From Octopus sinensis (lineage: Eukaryota), in contig NC_043023.1 of the NCBI RefSeq assembly GCF_006345805.1, positions 682,001 to 746,000 of the forward strand: a stretch of 64,000 bases of DNA. The letters are read 5' to 3'. This document shows, piece by piece, positions 25,963 through 39,799 of the stretch (its first letter is position 1; each line of letters begins with the position of its first letter). Below the pieces are notes generated by a model that had not been told where the DNA came from, did not search any database, and was given only the letters and a program-made list of their open reading frames with translations. The position numbers and the translations under genes are program-made.

Positions 25963-26497
25963 GCAGTACCAGGCAGTGGCTCTCATGGCTTCTGATCTTA
26001 ACTGATTGGAAGTGTTATCATGTACATTGTTTTGTCTTGGTATAAAAGAGGGGCTACAGCAAATATTCTGCTCAATACCACAGATTTGCCTGTCAGTTGT
26101 TTGACTTTAACCAGTTGAGCCTTAGTGGCTGATGATGTGTGCATCTCTGATCACGAGCAGAAGTAGTGGGGGAGCATCATAGCCATGTGCTGAGAGGGAT
26201 TCTTTGGGGTTTGAATAATTCACCTCTGGAAACATGGGTGTTTCGTTCAACATGCTTAAACAACCCTTATTCAGGGACCTTTCGAGTGGGATGGGTTACT
26301 CGACCTGAAGAAAATTCTAACAGGGCTCCACCTGCAAGGTCATGTGCTGTTTATCTTGATATGAGATCACCATGTCACGCACATATGGTTGTGATGCATG
26401 TGCCTGGTGTACCCTTATCAGACGGGTAGTCATGATGGGTATAATGGGTATATTTTACCTTGGTGTCACTTTGATGGCATCCACTGCTCTCTCACTC
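25963..26497. mobile_element. ~535-bp non-coding interspersed element embedded in (TAA/TGA)n
   Basis: Complex sequence with sharp boundaries against trinucleotide tracts; no recognisable protein or TIR. Confidence 0.55.
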
Positions 26498-26501
26498 AAT
26501 A

Positions 26502-26538
<37 letters not shown>

Positions 26539-28050
26539 CAATAATAATAATAATTATTATTATTATTATAAGGTAGGCACAAGGCCTTGAAAATTTGGGG
26601 GGAATGGGGCTAGTTGATTATTTCAACTCCAGTGCGTAACTAGTATTTATTTCATCAACTCAAAAGGATGAAAGGCAAAGTCGACCCTGGCGGAATTTGA
26701 ACTCAGAACATATTGGCAGACCAAATACCGCTAAGCATTTCACCCAGCGTACTAATAATTCTGCTAACTTGTCACCTTTAATAATAATAATAATAATAAT
26801 AATAACAACAATGATCCTACAATAGGCACCAGGCCTCAAATTTTGGTGGGGGAGGGCTAGTTGATTACATCGTCCCCAATGCATAACTGGTACTTATTTT
26901 ATTGACCCTGAAATAATGAAAGGCAAAGTCGACCTCTGCAAAATTTGAACTTAGAACGCAAAGATGGATGAAATGCCAATAAGCATTTTGGCCCAACACA
27001 TTTCACTGCCTTTGCCTTAATAGCAATAATGGTAATTAACCTTGCTGCTTTAATAGTAATAGTAATATTGATAAAAATAATACTAATTCTAATTTAGACT
27101 CAAGGCTAGCAATTTTGAGGGGAGGGGTTACTTGATACCAATGTTCTCAGGACATATATATATATGGGTGTGGAAGTGGCTATGTGGTAAGTAGCTAGCT
27201 TACGAACCACATGATTCTGGGTTCAGTCCCACTGCAGGGCACCTCTACCATAGCCTCGGGCCGACCAAAGCCTTGTGAGTGGATTTGGTAGACGGAAACT
27301 GAAAGAAGCCCATCGTATATATGTATATATATCGGAGACCCCCTTCGGTCATGACACAGACCATGGGATTGCACCTAGAAAGTTACCCTCCTAGACACAA
27401 GTCTGGGCGAGGTTTTTTATGGAAGACCAGCAGTCGCCCATGCATACCAGCCTCCCCTCTCTACGCCATCAGTGTTATCCAAGGGAAAGACAAAGGTCGA
27501 TACAGCTTGGCACCAGTGACATCGCAACTCATTTCAACATATATATTCTACATACATATATATGTGTGTGTATGTGTGTGTATGTGTTTGTGTGTCTGTG
27601 TTTGTCCCCCCAACATTGCTTGACAACCGATGCTGGTGTGTTTATGTCCCCGTAACTTAGCGGTTCGGCAAAAGAGACCAATAGAATAAGTACCAGGCTT
27701 ACAAAGAATAAGTCCTAGGTCGATTTGCTCGGAAACAAGTAAAAGAGAGAAAGAGAGATATACCCATGTTTTTTAGGAATGGGTAGCCACAACAAGACAC
27801 ACACACCAGGCATTCCATTCATTGCCCAGCTCAAAGAGGGGAACCCCGTCCTATGCTCGGGTCAAGGCATAGAACGCAACCCCCAATATCAGCAGTGGGG
27901 CCCGATAGCATATGCTGGTTTACCCCCGCTGCATCATGCTGGTTCCATACCCCTTTGACCAACATCAAATTCACTCATCCAACCACAAACACTCTCCAAA
28001 CTTACCCATCATTAATAAACTCTCTTGCCTCTCTCACTTCATCACCTCTC

Positions 28051-28432
28051 GGAGGCGCAATGACCCAGTGGTTAGGGCAGTGGACTCGCGGTCATAGGAT
28101 CGCAGTTTCGATTCCCAGACCGGGCGTTGTGAGTGTTTATTGAGCAAAAACACCTAAAAGCTCCACGAGGCTCCGGCAGGGGATGGTGGTGATCCCTGCT
28201 GTACTCTTTCACCACAACTTTATCTCACTCTTACTTCCTGTTTCTGTTGTACCTGTATTTCAAGGGGCCGGCCTTGTCACTCTCTGTGTCACGCTGAATA
28301 TCCCCGAGAACTACGTTAAGGGTGCACGTGTCTGTGGAGTGCTCAGCCACTTACACGTTAATTTCACGAGCAGGCTGTTCCATTGATTTGGATCAACCGG
28401 AACCCTCATCGTCGTAACCGACGGAGTGCTTC
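28051..28432 (+). mobile_element. tRNA-derived SINE sharing its 3' body with the 36073 and 39295 copies
   Basis: GGAGGCGCAATGACCCAGTGGTTAGGG...TTCGATTCCC head; shared GTACCTGTATTTCAAGGG...CACGAGCAGGCTGTTCC body. Confidence 0.78.
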
Positions 28433-28444
28433 CATCCCATCATC

Positions 28445-28700
28445 ACCTCTAACTACCAAAGCTTTTTTCACTCTGTCCATCCAAGCAAACTGAGGTCTGC
28501 CTCTGGTTCTGCTGCCTACCACTTCTGATTTCGACACCCTCCTTGCCATGCACTCCTCATCCATCCTCTCCATATGGCCACCTCAACATTTGCCTATCTA
28601 TTTTGGTTGTTAGTTTTTCTCTCATCCCTGCTCGCCTTCGCACCTCCTCATTCCCCATCCTGTCCATCCATGTCACATCAACCAGAGTCCTCAAACATCT
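28445..28700 (-). mobile_element. RTE LINE ORF C-terminal fragment
   Basis: Minus strand reads MDRMGNEEVRRRAG...QMLRW..MERMDEE...RGRPQFAWMDRVKK with a frameshift. Confidence 0.8.
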
Positions 28701-29189
28701 CATCTCAAACACATCACTGGTAATTTATTTTATCGACCCTGGAGGAATGAAAATAAAAATTAGCTATGGTGGAATTTGAACTTAGAATGCAAAAACCGAC
28801 TCAAGACCAGTAATTTTGAAAAGCATAGGAGCAGTAAAAGCTGAAATTTTTTACCCCAGTACCGGACTGGTACTTTATTTTACAACAGTCACAAATGTGA
28901 CAGCAGTAGGATTTGAACTGGAAGAAATTTTGTCCAGCACTCTAATGAGTCTGCCAACCTGCAGCGGTTGTTATTTCTCATTTTGACACAAGGGGAAATG
29001 GTGAATGGGCAGAATCATTGGCATGCAGGGCAGAATGCTTTTTCTTCTTTTATTCTTTGTAAGCCTAGTACTTATTCTAACGGTCTCTTTTGCTGAACCG
29101 CTAACTTATGGGGACGTAAACACACTAGCATTGGTTGTCAAGCAATGTTGGGGGAACAAACACAGACACAAAAACATATACACATACAC

Positions 29190-29264
<75 letters not shown>

Positions 29265-29440
29265 CATATGAAGGGCTTCTTCAGTTTCCGTCTACCAAAT
29301 CCATTCACAAGGCTTTGGTTGGCCCGAGGCTATAGTAGAAGACACTTGCCCAAGGTGCCACACAGTGGGAATGAACCCGGAGTCATGTGGTTGGTAAGCA
29401 GGCTACTTACCACACAGCCACTCCTGTGTCCATATATATA

Positions 29441-29488
<48 letters not shown>

Positions 29489-30200
29489 TTCATGCATATA
29501 TCTATGTTAGTATAGATAGAGAGATAGATAGATATTTTCCCTTTTATCTTTTACTTGTATCAATCATTGGACTGTGGCCATACTGGGGCACCACCTTGAA
29601 GAATTTTAAATGAGTAAATTGATCCTAGTACTAGTATTTACTTCATCAGTGGTTTTCGCTGAATCACTAGTTTAGGGACTTATAAAAAAAATAAACACCA
29701 CCAGTTATCAAGCTGTAGCAGTGCTACCACACACACACACACACACAACACACACACACACACACACATTCGTATATATACACACATGTATATATAAAAT
29801 GAAGACCTATCATTTGTTGAATATATTCATTAGCAATCATTTTAATTCTCTAAATTAATTAGTCATTGTTCCCGAAATGCTCATTAAATAGACAAGAATA
29901 TTGCAACAACAACAGCAACAACAATAAAATGGTATGTGGGGGGATGCAAATAAAATGTTTACAAAATAGGGAGAACTTCTGGGTCTGGCTGTTATGAAAT
30001 CTATATTGTTTGCTTACGTAATTTATTAATTAAGTCCTTCTAATCTTATAATTAAATTAATTAAACATACATTAGCATTTGAAGGGGAAAATAGAAGTTA
30101 GTAAATAAAAATTGTATTGAAATTGTATGAATATGATATATATATATAAATGTGTGTATGCATATAAAGATAGATAGATAATGTATTATATGTGTGTGCA

Positions 30201-30259
<59 letters not shown>

Positions 30260-30269
30260 CTGTGTATGA

Positions 30270-30625
30270 AGGCGCATGGCTCAGTGGTTAGAGCGTCAAG
30301 CTTATGATTATGAGGTTGTGAGCTCGAATCCTGGACCGGGCTGTGTGTTGTGTTCTTGTGCAAGACACTTTATTTCACATTGCTCCAATTCATTCATCTG
30401 TAGAAATGAGTTGCGGCATCAACTGGCACCAAGCTGTATCAGTCCCTTTGCCTTTCCCTTGGATAACGTCAGTGGTGTGGAGAGGGGAGGCTGGTATGTA
30501 GGGTGACTGCTGGCCTTCCATAAAAACAACATTAGGTTGTGCATTCACTGGTGAGGCGACTTTCCACCCAGACTTGTACCCTGGAGGGAACCTTTTGGGA
30601 GCACCCATGGTCATTCATGACCAAC
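30270..30625 (+). mobile_element. Third tRNA-derived SINE family
   Basis: Head GGCGCATGGCTCAGTGGTTAGAGCG...CTCGAATCC with A/B boxes. Relatives at 13733-13975, 36073-36490, 39295-39790, 45375-45625, 52925-53262 (minus) and 63238-63545. Confidence 0.8.
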
Positions 30626-30654
30626 AGGGTTCAGTTTTGATATATATATATATA

Positions 30655-30965
30655 TCATCATCATCATCATCATCATCGTTTAACGTCCGTTTTCTGCGCT
30701 AGCACGGGTTGGACGGTTTCGACCGGGGTCTGGGGAGCCAGGGGCTGCCCCAGGCACCAGTCTGGTCTGGCAGTGTTTCTACAGCTGGATGCCCTTCCTA
30801 CGCCAACCACTCTCCGCGAGTGTAGTGGGTGCTTTTTACGTGCCACCTGCACAGTGCCAGAGGGGTCTTCATCGCCACGGTCGGTTGGTGCTTTTTTGTG
30901 CCACCTGCACAGAAGCCAGTCGGGGGCTGCTGGCATCGGCCACGTTTGGATGGTGCTTTTTATGT
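30655..30965 (-). mobile_element. RTE LINE 3'UTR with (GAT)n tail
   Basis: Matches the terminus at 59860-60037; further short ends at 34100-34252, 37905-38105, 39055-39260 and 44337-44372. Confidence 0.85.
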
Positions 30966-31497
30966 GGGGGGGGTGCAGAAATATAGGGGAGCACCAGTGG
31001 GGAGGGGTGGTTCAGAGAAACGATGACAGGTTCTAGGCAAGTAGAATGTAGGATATCACGAGAGGGGTAATGCATGGTGAAATAGCGTATTGAAGAGTAG
31101 ACACCTATAAGCGTTCGAAGAGTAGACACCTATAATGGTGGTGGGAGAAGCGACATCCGGTATAGATGGAGCAAAAATAGAGACATCCGGTATTGGTGGT
31201 GGGGGTGGGCAGGGCGGGTGCACCGCGAATACGCGAAGGTAGATATAGACGAGAGAGCAAGACTTGGTCGGGCAAAATTAATAGAGGGACGGTGGAGAAA
31301 GAGAAATTATAGGCATATAATGATGAGAGGAGTTAGGGAATACTTAATGATGAGAAGGAATTAGGGAATGCTTAAGCGTATTAGTAAGTAGATAAATAGT
31401 TAGATAGATAAAAAAAAAAACAGATATATATATATATATATACATACATACATACATACATACATACATACATAATACATATATATATACATACATA

Positions 31498-32671
31498 CAG
31501 GGTGCATATATGTATATAAGGTGCGTAAGGACATACCTCTTTTGGGTCACTGCTGCATTTTTTTGCTAGCTCTTTATAATCTTTGTTTCAGAAAATAATA
31601 ATGGCAGACCCTCAGCTTACCCAAGAAATGGAGAGGCATGTTGTTATTGTGGTTTAGAAATAGTGATTTAGAAATATCTCGATTTTTAAAAGTTGCCTAT
31701 TCTTTCATCTACAGATCTTTCATATCACCAGTATCAAAGCATAAAAAATCATTCTAAATGCTCTGAAATCATCAGAGCACTTGAATTTATCCAGCAAGTT
31801 CAACAGACCATTGATTACAATCCCAGAAAGTCCATGAAGTCAGAAGAGAGAGTCAAATTTGTTGTCCAGGAAGACGTCTTATATGATGAGGAATGCTCAA
31901 TTTGTCAGAAAAACCAAAAGAAAATCACTACATCAGATCTAAATGGCTCTTATACAAACTGAAAAATCCAGTAGAAGATTTGATTTGTTTTTTCTCAGAT
32001 GAGAAAAATTTCGACCAAGATCAAAAAGCTAACAGAAGAAATCACTGAAGTTCCAGGTGTTATGCATACAAAATTTCCTGCAACTGTCATGGTTTTAGGG
32101 TTATCAGCAATGAAGGACATGAGATGCCTCCTTACATCTTTCCACAAGGTCTTAGAGTTAAGTCTGCCATTGAGGTCCTGGAAACTATTGTTAAACCCTG
32201 GATAGACAGTGCATGCATTGGAAGGCTGTATGTGTTTCAGTAAGGCTCTACACTATCACACATGGGTCTAGTAACACAAGAATGGATGGCTGAAAATTTT
32301 CATGATCACATAACCCCTAACATTTGGCCTCCTAATTCCCCAGATTTCAACCCATTGGAATATTACATGTAGAGCATTGTTGAGGGAGAAGTCAATGAAC
32401 ATGCCCATAACACTAAAGATTCTTCAAAAGCTGCCATAATCAGAGTAATGTCAAAAATGAACCAGGACCACTTAATTCGAGCATGTAGATGATTTAGATC
32501 TCATATAGAAGCAGCTGTTGAAGCTGAAGGTGGCTTTATTGAATGACATTATAAGAAAGAAGGTTTATTTCTATCCTTATAGCATTTTTTGATAAATAAC
32601 ATTATTATCTGTTATTATATATCTGTTTTTTTATAAACATAAATCTGTCCTAAAATATCTTATGCACCCTG
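31498..32671 (+). mobile_element. maT (DD37D-like) transposon, decayed, full length
   Basis: TA+CAGGGTGCATA...TATGCACCCTG+TA; remnants HTKFPATVMVLG, ITPNIWPPNSPDFNPLEYY and EAEGGFIE*. Confidence 0.88.
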
Positions 32672-33577
32672 TATATATTTCTGTACACAGGCACAAAGGG
32701 TAAATCAGAAAGTAATGTACACCCTTTGTGTGTGTGTGTGAGTGTGTGTGTGTGTACATATACACACTCACACATACACAAACACACAAGCAAGTCAGAA
32801 ATAGATGCAATTTTCATTTGCACTAATTTCTTACTCTCCTTCATGTATTTATGTACACACACACACACACACATGCACACATGCACACACATGCAACTAT
32901 GTGTCTGTCTGTCTGTCTAGTATCAAAATCAGATGTTGCACATACTGAAATATACCAAATGCTTTTTATTCCTTCCTTCGTACGTGAGGGCAACAAGAAA
33001 TGATTTCTCTGTGACAATTGAATAAATTACACCAATTTTTCAAGATCAATAACTTTTGATTGCATGTACACATGCACTTTATCTAAAACACTCTGCATAA
33101 TAGCATCGCAGTATATCATTATTTTTTCAACAATGATATATGTATCCGTTCTTCACCGGAATGTTCTTATTGTGTGGTTATGCTGATGAAGTCAGCCCTT
33201 GAATCGATTTGCGGTGTTTCCTCTTTAATCAGTACCATTTCAGTTATTATTTGCTTTGACACTAGCTGCAAATAAAACAAATTCCTCCAAGCTCTGTCTG
33301 TTAAATGGGCAAATACTTTGACAATGGCAATTGTATTTCTGTCTTCTATTCACACTTCTCAAATGATTTAAATTCTTTGTTTCTTTTATCATTCATCAAT
33401 CATGCAGTGTTAGCAGAATTCCTAAACATTGACTACCTTATTTTAAGTGAAGTGGTCTTAAAAGTTTTTCCTATAGCCGTGCATCAGAGAGAAATGTTTT
33501 CTTACTAGTTCTCTGACACATCTCTAATCTTATAATACTCATATTTCTATTTCCTAATGTTTATATATTATAGGTAC

Positions 33578-33760
33578 AGGCATAGGAGTGGCTATGTGGT
33601 AAGTAGCTTGCTTACGAACTACATGGTTCCGGGTTCAGTTCCACTGCATGGCACCTTGGGCAAGTGTCTTCTACTATAACCTCAGGCCAACCAAAGCCTT
33701 GTGAGTGGATTTGGTAGGCGGAAACTGAAAGAAGCACGTCGTATATATGTATGTATGTAC

Positions 33761-33844
<84 letters not shown>

Positions 33845-34055
33845 TTGTGTATCTGTGTTTGTCCGCCCAACATCGCTTGAAAACCGATGCTGGTGTGTTT
33901 ATGTCCCCGTAACTTAGCGGTTTGGCAAAAGAGACTGATAGAATAAGTACTATGCTTACAAAGAATAAGTCCTGGGGTTGATTTGCTCGACTAAAGGTGG
34001 TGCTCCAGCATGGCCACAGTCAAATGACTGAAACAAGTAAACCAGTAAAAGAGTA
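33578..34055 (+). mobile_element. Dominant SINE copy with an expanded internal (TG)n
   Basis: Collinear with 4705-5093. Confidence 0.88.
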
Positions 34056-34879
34056 TATATCATCATTATATTATAATCTTATAATATATATAGTCCACTC
34101 TGCTGGCTGACTGGTGTTAGGAAGGACATCCGGCCATAAAACACCTTGCCAAAATAGACAGAAGTCTGGTGCAGGTTTCTGCTTGACTGGCTCCTGTCAA
34201 CCCATCCAACCCATGCCAGCATGGAAGGTGGACATTAAACGATGATGATGATGGCTTTGAGGTAAGAAATTTGCTTCCCAACCACATGGTTCTGAGTTCA
34301 GTCCCACTGAATGACATTTTGAGCAAGTGTCTCTACTACAACCTTGGGCTGACCGAAGCCATGTTAGAGAACTTGGTAGATGTTTATATAGCCTGTCATA
34401 TATATATGTCTGTGTGTATTTGTGTGTGTGTGTGTTTCTGTTTGTTCTCTCACCATTGCCTGACAACTGGTGTTTGTGTGTTTATACCCCTATAACTTAG
34501 CAGTTCAATGAAAGAGACTGATAAAATAAGTACCAGGCTTTCCAAAAATAAATAAGTACCGGGTTCGATTCATTTGACAAAAAGTTCTTGAATGTGGTGC
34601 CCCCAGAATGGCCACAGGCTAATCACTAAAACAAATTAAAAATAAAAGATAACGTCAAGTCTTATCATTTTTAATTAATTCTTAGAAATTCCAAACAGTT
34701 TTGAACAATTTTTAAATAAATTTTAACAGGATTTTCTTCAATTAGGCTCATGCATGGCTGTGTGGTAAGAAGCTTGCTTCCCAACCACATGGTTCTGGGT
34801 TCAGTCTCATTGTGTGGCACCTTGAGCAAGTGTCTTCTACTATAGCCTTGAGCCAATCAAGGCCTTCATAATGGATTTG

Positions 34880-35407
34880 AACAGAACCTTAGGCTCAATT
34901 CAGATGGCAATATGAAGCTGCTGTAGACTGTAGTCAAACCCTGGCTGAAGAGGGTTCCTGCGGGAATGCCATATGTGTGGCAGTAGGATTTGGCTCCTTA
35001 CCATATCTCTGGAAAGAATCAGAAATGGTTGGTGGAGAATTTCTATGACTTCACCAGTTCCAATTTCTGGTCCCCTAATTCCCCAGATTGTAATCCCTTG
35101 GATTAATTTGTGTGGGGCACAGGTGTGAAAGACATCAATCACTCTGCTTACAACAAAAGGCTGAGCTGGTGTTTGAAACACCTCAGAGGTACTTGAAGAT
35201 CTTACCAGGAACACAGTAAAAAACGCATGCAGCAGGTTCAGGAGCCTTCTTGAGATTGTCGTGGAAGCTGAGGGCATCTACTTTGAGTAAACAGTTATCT
35301 CCCAGCCATTATATTAATATTTTTTGATATTTTGAAAATACTTTCACTTTTGGATGGGACTTTGTGCTTTTTTGTGCAAGCCATCAAATTCAGCCTGAAC
35401 ACCTTGG
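34880..35407 (+). mobile_element. maT-like transposon 3' fragment
   Basis: VKPWLKRVPAGMPYVWQ, WSPNSPDCNPLD and EAEGIYFE* remnants. Confidence 0.8.
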
Positions 35408-37391
35408 AGAGAGAGAGAGAGGCTTTTATCAACACATAAGGCTTTGGTCAGCATGGGGCCCATAGGAGAAGACAGTTTCCCAAGGTGCTGTGCAGTGGGA
35501 CTGAACCCAAGACTATGCAAGTACAAAACAAGCTTCTCAACCACCACACACCCACGTCTGTATCTCTTGATTTATGAATTTAATTAAGCTCATAAACGGA
35601 TTTATTATAAGATTTCTATTTCTTTATACTGCAATTAGATTGCTAATTAGTTTTATATTTATCTAACGATATAATTAGTCCATTCAAGTATTTTATATTT
35701 TTGATTCTATGCTTGGGGTTTTGGCCTATTTGTTGTATATAGACAGATGCACTTTTAACCACACACACATATGCATATAGGTGCAGCTTGCTTCTCAACC
35801 ACGTGGTTCTGAGTTCAGTCCCACATATTACATTTACATACACACACATATACATACATACATACATACGCACACAGGCATCTTTCAGTTTCTATCTACC
35901 AAATCCACTCACAAGGCTTTAGTCAGTCCGAGACTCTAGTAGAAGACACTTGCCCAAGGTGCCACGCAGTGGGACTGAACCTGGAACCATGTGATTGGTA
36001 AGCAAGCTACTTACCACACAGCCACTCCTATGCCTCTAAAGAAATAGTTAAATTTACCATGTTTATATGTAGGTGAAGGTGCGTGGATTATTGGTTAGGG
36101 TATTCAGCTCAGATCATAAGGTCCTGAGTTCAATTCCTGGTGATGCGTTACAGCCTGTGAAGTTCTTAACCACCTACATGGGAATTTCATAATAAGGTCA
36201 ACTGGAACCTTTGTCATTGTAACTGACAGAATGCCAGTGTCCTTGAGCAAGACACTTTACTTCATGTTGCTCCAGTCCACTCACCTGGCAAAAATGAATT
36301 GTACCTGCAATTCAAAGGGTCATCCTTGCCATATTCTGTGTCACACTGAATCTCCCTGACAACTACATTAAGGGTACACATGTCTGTGGAATACTCAGCC
36401 ACATGCATGTTAATTTTCATGAGCAGGCTGTTCCATCAATTAGATGAACTGAAACTCTCATTGTCATAAACGATGGAGGCCCAGTCATGTAGGTTTACAT
36501 ATATCACACCTTGATACCGTATCGATTAAGGTCCCCATTGGCAGGCCCCTAGTTTTACATACGCTGTTAAATACTTATTTTATGCAACTTAGTCCATTTC
36601 TCTGAGGCTACTGTTAATATAAAAATATTTGCTGTTTGTTTCCCTGGGACAGATCAAAATGATGCAGACACCACTGATAAGACCTCAACGAGGCTCAAAA
36701 ATGTATCAAGGCTGTTCATAATTTCTTTCAATCTATGGTGAAATAAGTAAATTTGCACATAAAGAATGCACTCAAGGGTTTGCATCCATCTGAGTGGTTT
36801 TTCACATGTTTCATTCAACAGTATACTTATAGGTACAGGCCTGGCTGAGTGGTAAGAAGTTTGCTTCCCAACCACGTTGGTTCTGGGTTCAGTCCCACAG
36901 AATGGCACCTGGGACAAGTGTCTTTTATTATAACCTTGGGCTGAGTAAAGCCTTGTGTATGGATTTGGTAGATGGAAACTAAAAGAAGCCCATCATGTGT
37001 ATATGTATGTATGTGTGTGTGTGTGTGTCCATGTGTCTATCTTTATCCCTGCTGCCCCCATTTAACAACTGGTGTTGGTGTGTTTGTATCTCCATAACTT
37101 AGCGGTTCGGCAAAAGAGACTGATAGAATAAATACCAGGTTTAAGAGAAAAGTACTGGGATTGATTCATTCAACTAAAGATTCAAGGTGGTGCCCCAGCA
37201 TGGCCGTAGTCTAATGACTGAAACAAATGAAAGATAAAAGATATGTAACTTCTGAATCCGTACTGGTGCCACGTGAAAAGCACTGAAGCTGGTGCCATGT
37301 AAAAAGCACTTATACTCGCTGTGTTGGTGCTACATAAAAAGCACCCATGCTGGTAACACATATAAAGCACTGATACTGGTATAGTTCTATA

Positions 37392-37722
37392 TTTAAGAGA
37401 TGAGGAATTATGTACATTATTTACATTTGATGGATATTCATCCTCATCTGGTTTGTTGTTAACACGTTTCAGCTGACATACCCTCCAGCCTTCATCAGGT
37501 ATCTTGGGGAAATTTCAAACCTGGGTTCTCATTCCTAAGGTATTTTTCGATGTTATTCTTCTTCTCATCATTATTCAGGTCACTGCCTGGAATCGAACTT
37601 GGAATCTTGGGGTTAGTAGCTCACACTCTTAACCACATGCCATATGCCCACAGGCATATGGCATAGTGGATAAGAGCACTGGCTACAAACCCCAAGATTC
37701 CAAGTTCAATTCCAAGCAGTGA

Positions 37723-37760
<38 letters not shown>

Positions 37761-37898
37761 TCGAAAAATACCTTAGGAATGAGAACCCAGGTTCGAAATT
37801 TCCCCAAGACACCTGATGAAGGCTGGAGGGTATGTCAGCCGAAACGTGTTAACAACAAACCAGATGAGGATGAATATCCATCAAATATAAATAATGTA
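37392..37898. mobile_element. Head-to-head palindrome of the same tRNA-headed hammerhead element
   Basis: About 246-bp arms (37401-37648 and 37653-37898) around a 4-nt spacer. Each arm has the tRNA-like head, a simple-repeat linker and CTGATGA-A-GGCTG..CAGC(C/T)-GAAAC. Confidence 0.85.
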
Positions 37899-39799
37899 CT
37901 GATGCTGGTGTCACTTAAAATGCAGCCAGTACACCCAGTAAAGTGGTTGATATTAGGAAGGGTATCCAGCTGTAGAAACCATGCCAAACCAGACAATTGA
38001 AGTCTGGGGTAGTTCTCCAGCTTGCCAGCTTCTGTCAAACCATCCAACCCATGCCAGCATGGAAAATGGACATTAAATGATGATGATGATGATGATGTTG
38101 ATGATAAGTGCATGTGTGTAGCTGTATGTCGTCCCCCCACCCCAACACTAACACAATATAAGCAGACACGTCTTCAAACCATGCACAAAGTTATGTCTGA
38201 CCTACATACAGCATGGCCCACGTCCCACTTACTAAAAACACATAAAAATCTATAACATTCAGCCCTTCCAAATTTTGTTAGAAAACACATTATCCAAAAG
38301 AAAAAAAAGCCCTCCGTCTTTTGTATCCTAAGCAACAATAGCTTTTGAGTTAACGACATTGATAACGGAGATAATGCAAGCAATTATAAAATTATTTATA
38401 GCTCAATAGTAAACCACACCTCGAGATAAAAACAATATTTTATCACAAATTTCTTGTTAAAAATGCCCCCCACAGAAAAAGAACATTAGCAAAATATCTT
38501 TCTATTCACTAATCACTGGGTTTCTCATATTTTAGCATTGATAGGTTCACAGCTGGGGCCTTCATAAGAATTTTTCAGAGAAAAGTTTTCTAAAGATAAA
38601 AACCACCTCATTTACAGAAATTGGTCTATAGAAAATTTATTCTTTTATTCTTTTATTTGTTTCAGTCATCTGACTGCGGCCATGCTGGAGCTCCGCCTCA
38701 AAGGGTTTTGGTCAAACAAATCAGCCCCCAGTACTTCTTATTTTATTTAAAACCTGGTACTTATTTTGTTGGTCTCTTTTGCTGAACAGCTAAGTTACAG
38801 GTGCATAAACATGCCAAAACTGTTTGTCAAGTGGTGATGTGACAAAAACAGATACACACACATACGATGAGCTTCCCTCAGTTTCCATCTACCAAATCCA
38901 CTCACAAGGCTTTGGTCAGCCTGAAACTATAGCAGAAGACACTTGCCCAAGGTGCTATGCAGTGGGGCTGAACCAGGAACCATGTGGTTGAGAAGCAGGC
39001 TTCTTACCACACAGCCAATCCTGCACCTGTATAAAGGCAATTATATGAAGGATTCATCATTATCATCATCATCATCATCATTTTATGTCTGCTTTCTATG
39101 CTGGCATGGGTTGGATGGTTTGGCTGGATCTGGTAAGGTCAGGGGTTGCAGAAGGCTCCATTATCTGTTCTGACAAGGTTTCTATGGCTGGATGCCCTTC
39201 CTAATGCCAACCACTCCATAAAATATACTTGATGCACTTTAAGTGGCACCAGAATCAGTATCAATTCTGCAGTGATGGACGGGTCTTTAATGAGTGAAGG
39301 TGCATGGATTAGTGGTCAGGGTATTTGCTTCATGATCTTTAGGTTGTGAGTTCAATTCCTGGTAACATGTTGTGTCCTTGAGCAAGACATTTTATTTCAC
39401 TTTGCTCCAGTCCACTCAGTTGGCAAAAATAAGTTGTACCTGTATTTCAAAGGGCCGGCCTTGTCACTTTCTATGACACACTGAATCTGCCTGAGAACTA
39501 TGTCGGGGAAAACAGGTGTCTGTGGAATGCTCAGCCACTTGTATGTTATTTTCAAGAGATGAGCATTCTGTTAATTAGACCAGCTGGAACACTTGTCCTC
39601 ATAACTGACAGAGGGCCAGTGTCCTTGAGCAAGACACTTTATTTCACATTGCTCTACTCCCCTCAGATGGCAAAAATGAATTGTCCCTGTAATTCAGAAG
39701 GGGCCAGCCTTGTCACATTTTGTGCCAGGCTGAAGCTCCTTGAGAACAACGCTATGAGTATGGCTTGTCTGTGGGGTACTCAACCACTTGCATGTTGAG

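Noticed and set aside
33125-33192. Possible C/D box snoRNA (ATGATAT...CTGA with TTCA/TGAA ends)
   Set aside because: The C box is a poor match and I see no recognisable rRNA complementarity.
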